Source: Candidatus Bathyarchaeia archaeon
Lineage (GTDB): Archaea; Thermoproteota; Bathyarchaeia; Bathyarchaeales; Bathycorpusculaceae
DNA length: 19,920 nucleotides
Assembly: GCA_038883775.1 (NCBI GenBank)
Contig: JAVZLM010000012.1
Location: forward strand, 1 to 19,920
Direction of reading: 5' to 3'
A program made the translations under genes and the position numbers. Of the stretch, positions 18,581 through 19,920 are shown piece by piece (position 1 is the first letter of the stretch; each line of letters begins with the position of its first letter). A model generated the notes under the pieces. That model did not search any database. It had not been told where the DNA came from and worked only from the letters and a program-made list of their open reading frames with translations.

Positions 18581-18644
18581 TGCCGGATGATGAGAAGGCA
18601 TTAGCTTGACGTATGGATGAAATTTCAGAGTTACTCAGACGGCA
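18581..18644 (+). ncRNA. Box C/D guide sRNA (dual guide)
   Basis: Stem TGCCG; G; box C ATGATGA (18587-18593); guide GAAGGCATTAGC; D' TTGA (18606-18609); CGTA; C' TGGATGA (18614-18620); guide AATTTCAGAGTTACT; variant D box CAGA (18636-18639); stem CGGCA. The geometry is that of a K-turn. Confidence 0.8.
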
Positions 18645-18711
18645 TATGAATTTGGATGTTCTATTGGCTGACAAAAAGCGAAAATAAAAAGAGGGCTGAA
18701 GTTGGGTTGCT

Positions 18712-19920
18712 TTAAGAAGGCATCTTTTTTCCTAGCCTAAATAGTAGAGTTGCTGAGCATATTGCAGCAATTAATGATAAGATAACCGCAGCCACTGTGC
18801 CTAGGAAGTTCTGGAATGTTGTCTGTGGAAGACTTTCTACATAACCTTCGATGTCGTCAACATTAACTTTGAGTGTTCCAATGTCAGTTTTAATCGTGGT
18901 TACGTTGCCATCTATGCTTTCAATGATTCCTTCTAACTCTCCTAAGGCGGTTTTTATCAAAGTAATGTTGCCATCAATTAATGTAACTCTTAATCCTAAA
19001 GCGTCTATAGAGCCTTGAATTGGACCAAGCAAGGTTCTTATTTCTACGGTTGTTCCATTTATACTTGTCAATGTGGCGTTTATTGAAGTCAAGTTCGCAT
19101 TTATCATTCCAATGTCAGTTTTAATCGTGGCTATGTCGCCAGTTATGGTTTGAAGATATGCGTTCCAGTCGATTAGAGTCGAGCTTATGTCGAAACTGTC
19201 CATGGACGTCCCTCTATATAGAACGTTAATATCTTCAGAATATGATTCGATGGAAACTATTAGGCAACATGATGTGGCTTCTATTGGAATCTCAAATTGG
19301 GCAACATATAAACCCGAATCCAGTAGTATGGCATCAAAATTCATGAAGAGAAATTCCCCATCAGCTTTTCGATACCATAGCTTCAGTGGAATTGTATCGG
19401 TTAAGTTGATTGGTGCTCCTTTGTAAGAAAATTGCAGATAAACGTCAGCAATTTCGCCTGGAAAGTGGATTTCGCCTATATCTAATTTTACATCTAGCTT
19501 TTCAATGGTGGGAACATCAACATAAACATAAATTGGAATGCTCATTGGAAGCTCTGAAGCCATAAGATAAATAGCGCTGAAATATCTTCCCGGAGAAGCA
19601 TTGGAAGGCACATTTATTGTGACATTGATTGTCTGCATTCCCATTTCAGGTATTTCCTCTACCGTGACTGGTTCAATGTTCACAGGGAAGTAGAAAGCGC
19701 TGGAAAAGGTTACGTTTGTAAGTTTGACTCCTGTGGATAGGTTAAATGTTATGGAGTTTGATTTGCCTGCTGGAATCATGACGTGCGCTGGAGATGCTGG
19801 GTTAATATTGATCATTTTGACGTTGCATGATAGGTCTTCTGGGAATCTTGAGCCGTTAAATAGCACATTATGAAGCAAAACCGTGTACAGTTCGGGAAGG
19901 GGTGGAGCTTCGGGAATTGC
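18712..19920 (-). CDS. C-terminal part of a large cell-surface protein (beta-rich domains, TIKTDIG-repeat stalk, C-terminal TM anchor); 5' end lies outside the window
   Basis: The frame is open to 19920 (AIPEAPPLPELYTVLLHNVLFNG...). It has several NxT/S sequons, I.G...TIKT..G repeats, a hydrophobic helix and a basic tail RLGKKMPS. It may be the tail of an S8-type peptidase, but no catalytic domain is visible. Confidence 0.85.
   Translation of the reverse strand, partial: AIPEAPPLPELYTVLLHNVLFNGSRFPEDLSCNVKMININPASPAHVMIPAGKSNSITFNLSTGVKLTNVTFSSAFYFPVNIEPVTVEEIPEMGMQTINVTINVPSNASPGRYFSAIYLMASELPMSIPIYVYVDVPTIEKLDVKLDIGEIHFPGEIADVYLQFSYKGAPINLTDTIPLKLWYRKADGEFLFMNFDAILLDSGLYVAQFEIPIEATSCCLIVSIESYSEDINVLYRGTSMDSFDISSTLIDWNAYLQTITGDIATIKTDIGMINANLTSINATLTSINGTTVEIRTLLGPIQGSIDALGLRVTLIDGNITLIKTALGELEGIIESIDGNVTTIKTDIGTLKVNVDDIEGYVESLPQTTFQNFLGTVAAVILSLIAAICSATLLFRLGKKMPS
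18876..19130. repeat. Exact 24-bp direct repeat inside the CDS, 231 bp apart
   Basis: TTCCAATGTCAGTTTTAATCGTGG at 18876-18899 and 19107-19130, both encoding TIKTDIG. Confidence 0.9.

Noticed and set aside
18541-18687. Pseudogene-like reading LPDDEKALA*RMDEISELLRRH...
   Set aside because: It has an internal stop and no good start. The box C/D architecture and rRNA complementarity explain the sequence better.
1206-19426. Remaining short antisense or alternate-frame ORFs nested in the long genes
   Set aside because: They overlap well-supported CDSs and show no recognisable motifs.

Overview
This is an archaeal chromosomal window, most consistent with Bathyarchaeia or another TACK lineage (rpl35ae, membrane-anchored LonB, Hjc, HTH_45-type regulator, archaeal BRE/TATA promoters). 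The left edge carries tRNA-His(GUG), whose 3' half reads in frame into a probable tyrosine integrase, so it is likely the boundary of an integrated element. The middle holds housekeeping and metabolic genes: MFS, YjbQ, GNAT, LonB, Hjc, a LolD/FtsX ABC pair, L35Ae, GT2, Zn-ADH, a frameshifted Mrr-like nuclease, an Asp/Glu racemase, a HemL-like aminotransferase and MobA. The right part has a wHTH + ParA/MinD pair flanked by small genes, a membrane protein and the C-terminus of a large surface-anchored protein. The best hidden signal is an unannotated dual-guide box C/D sRNA at 18581-18644. Its two guides appear to match neighbouring 23S rRNA sites in the H69-H71 region, equivalent to positions methylated in eukaryotes; the rRNA sequences were recalled, not searched.
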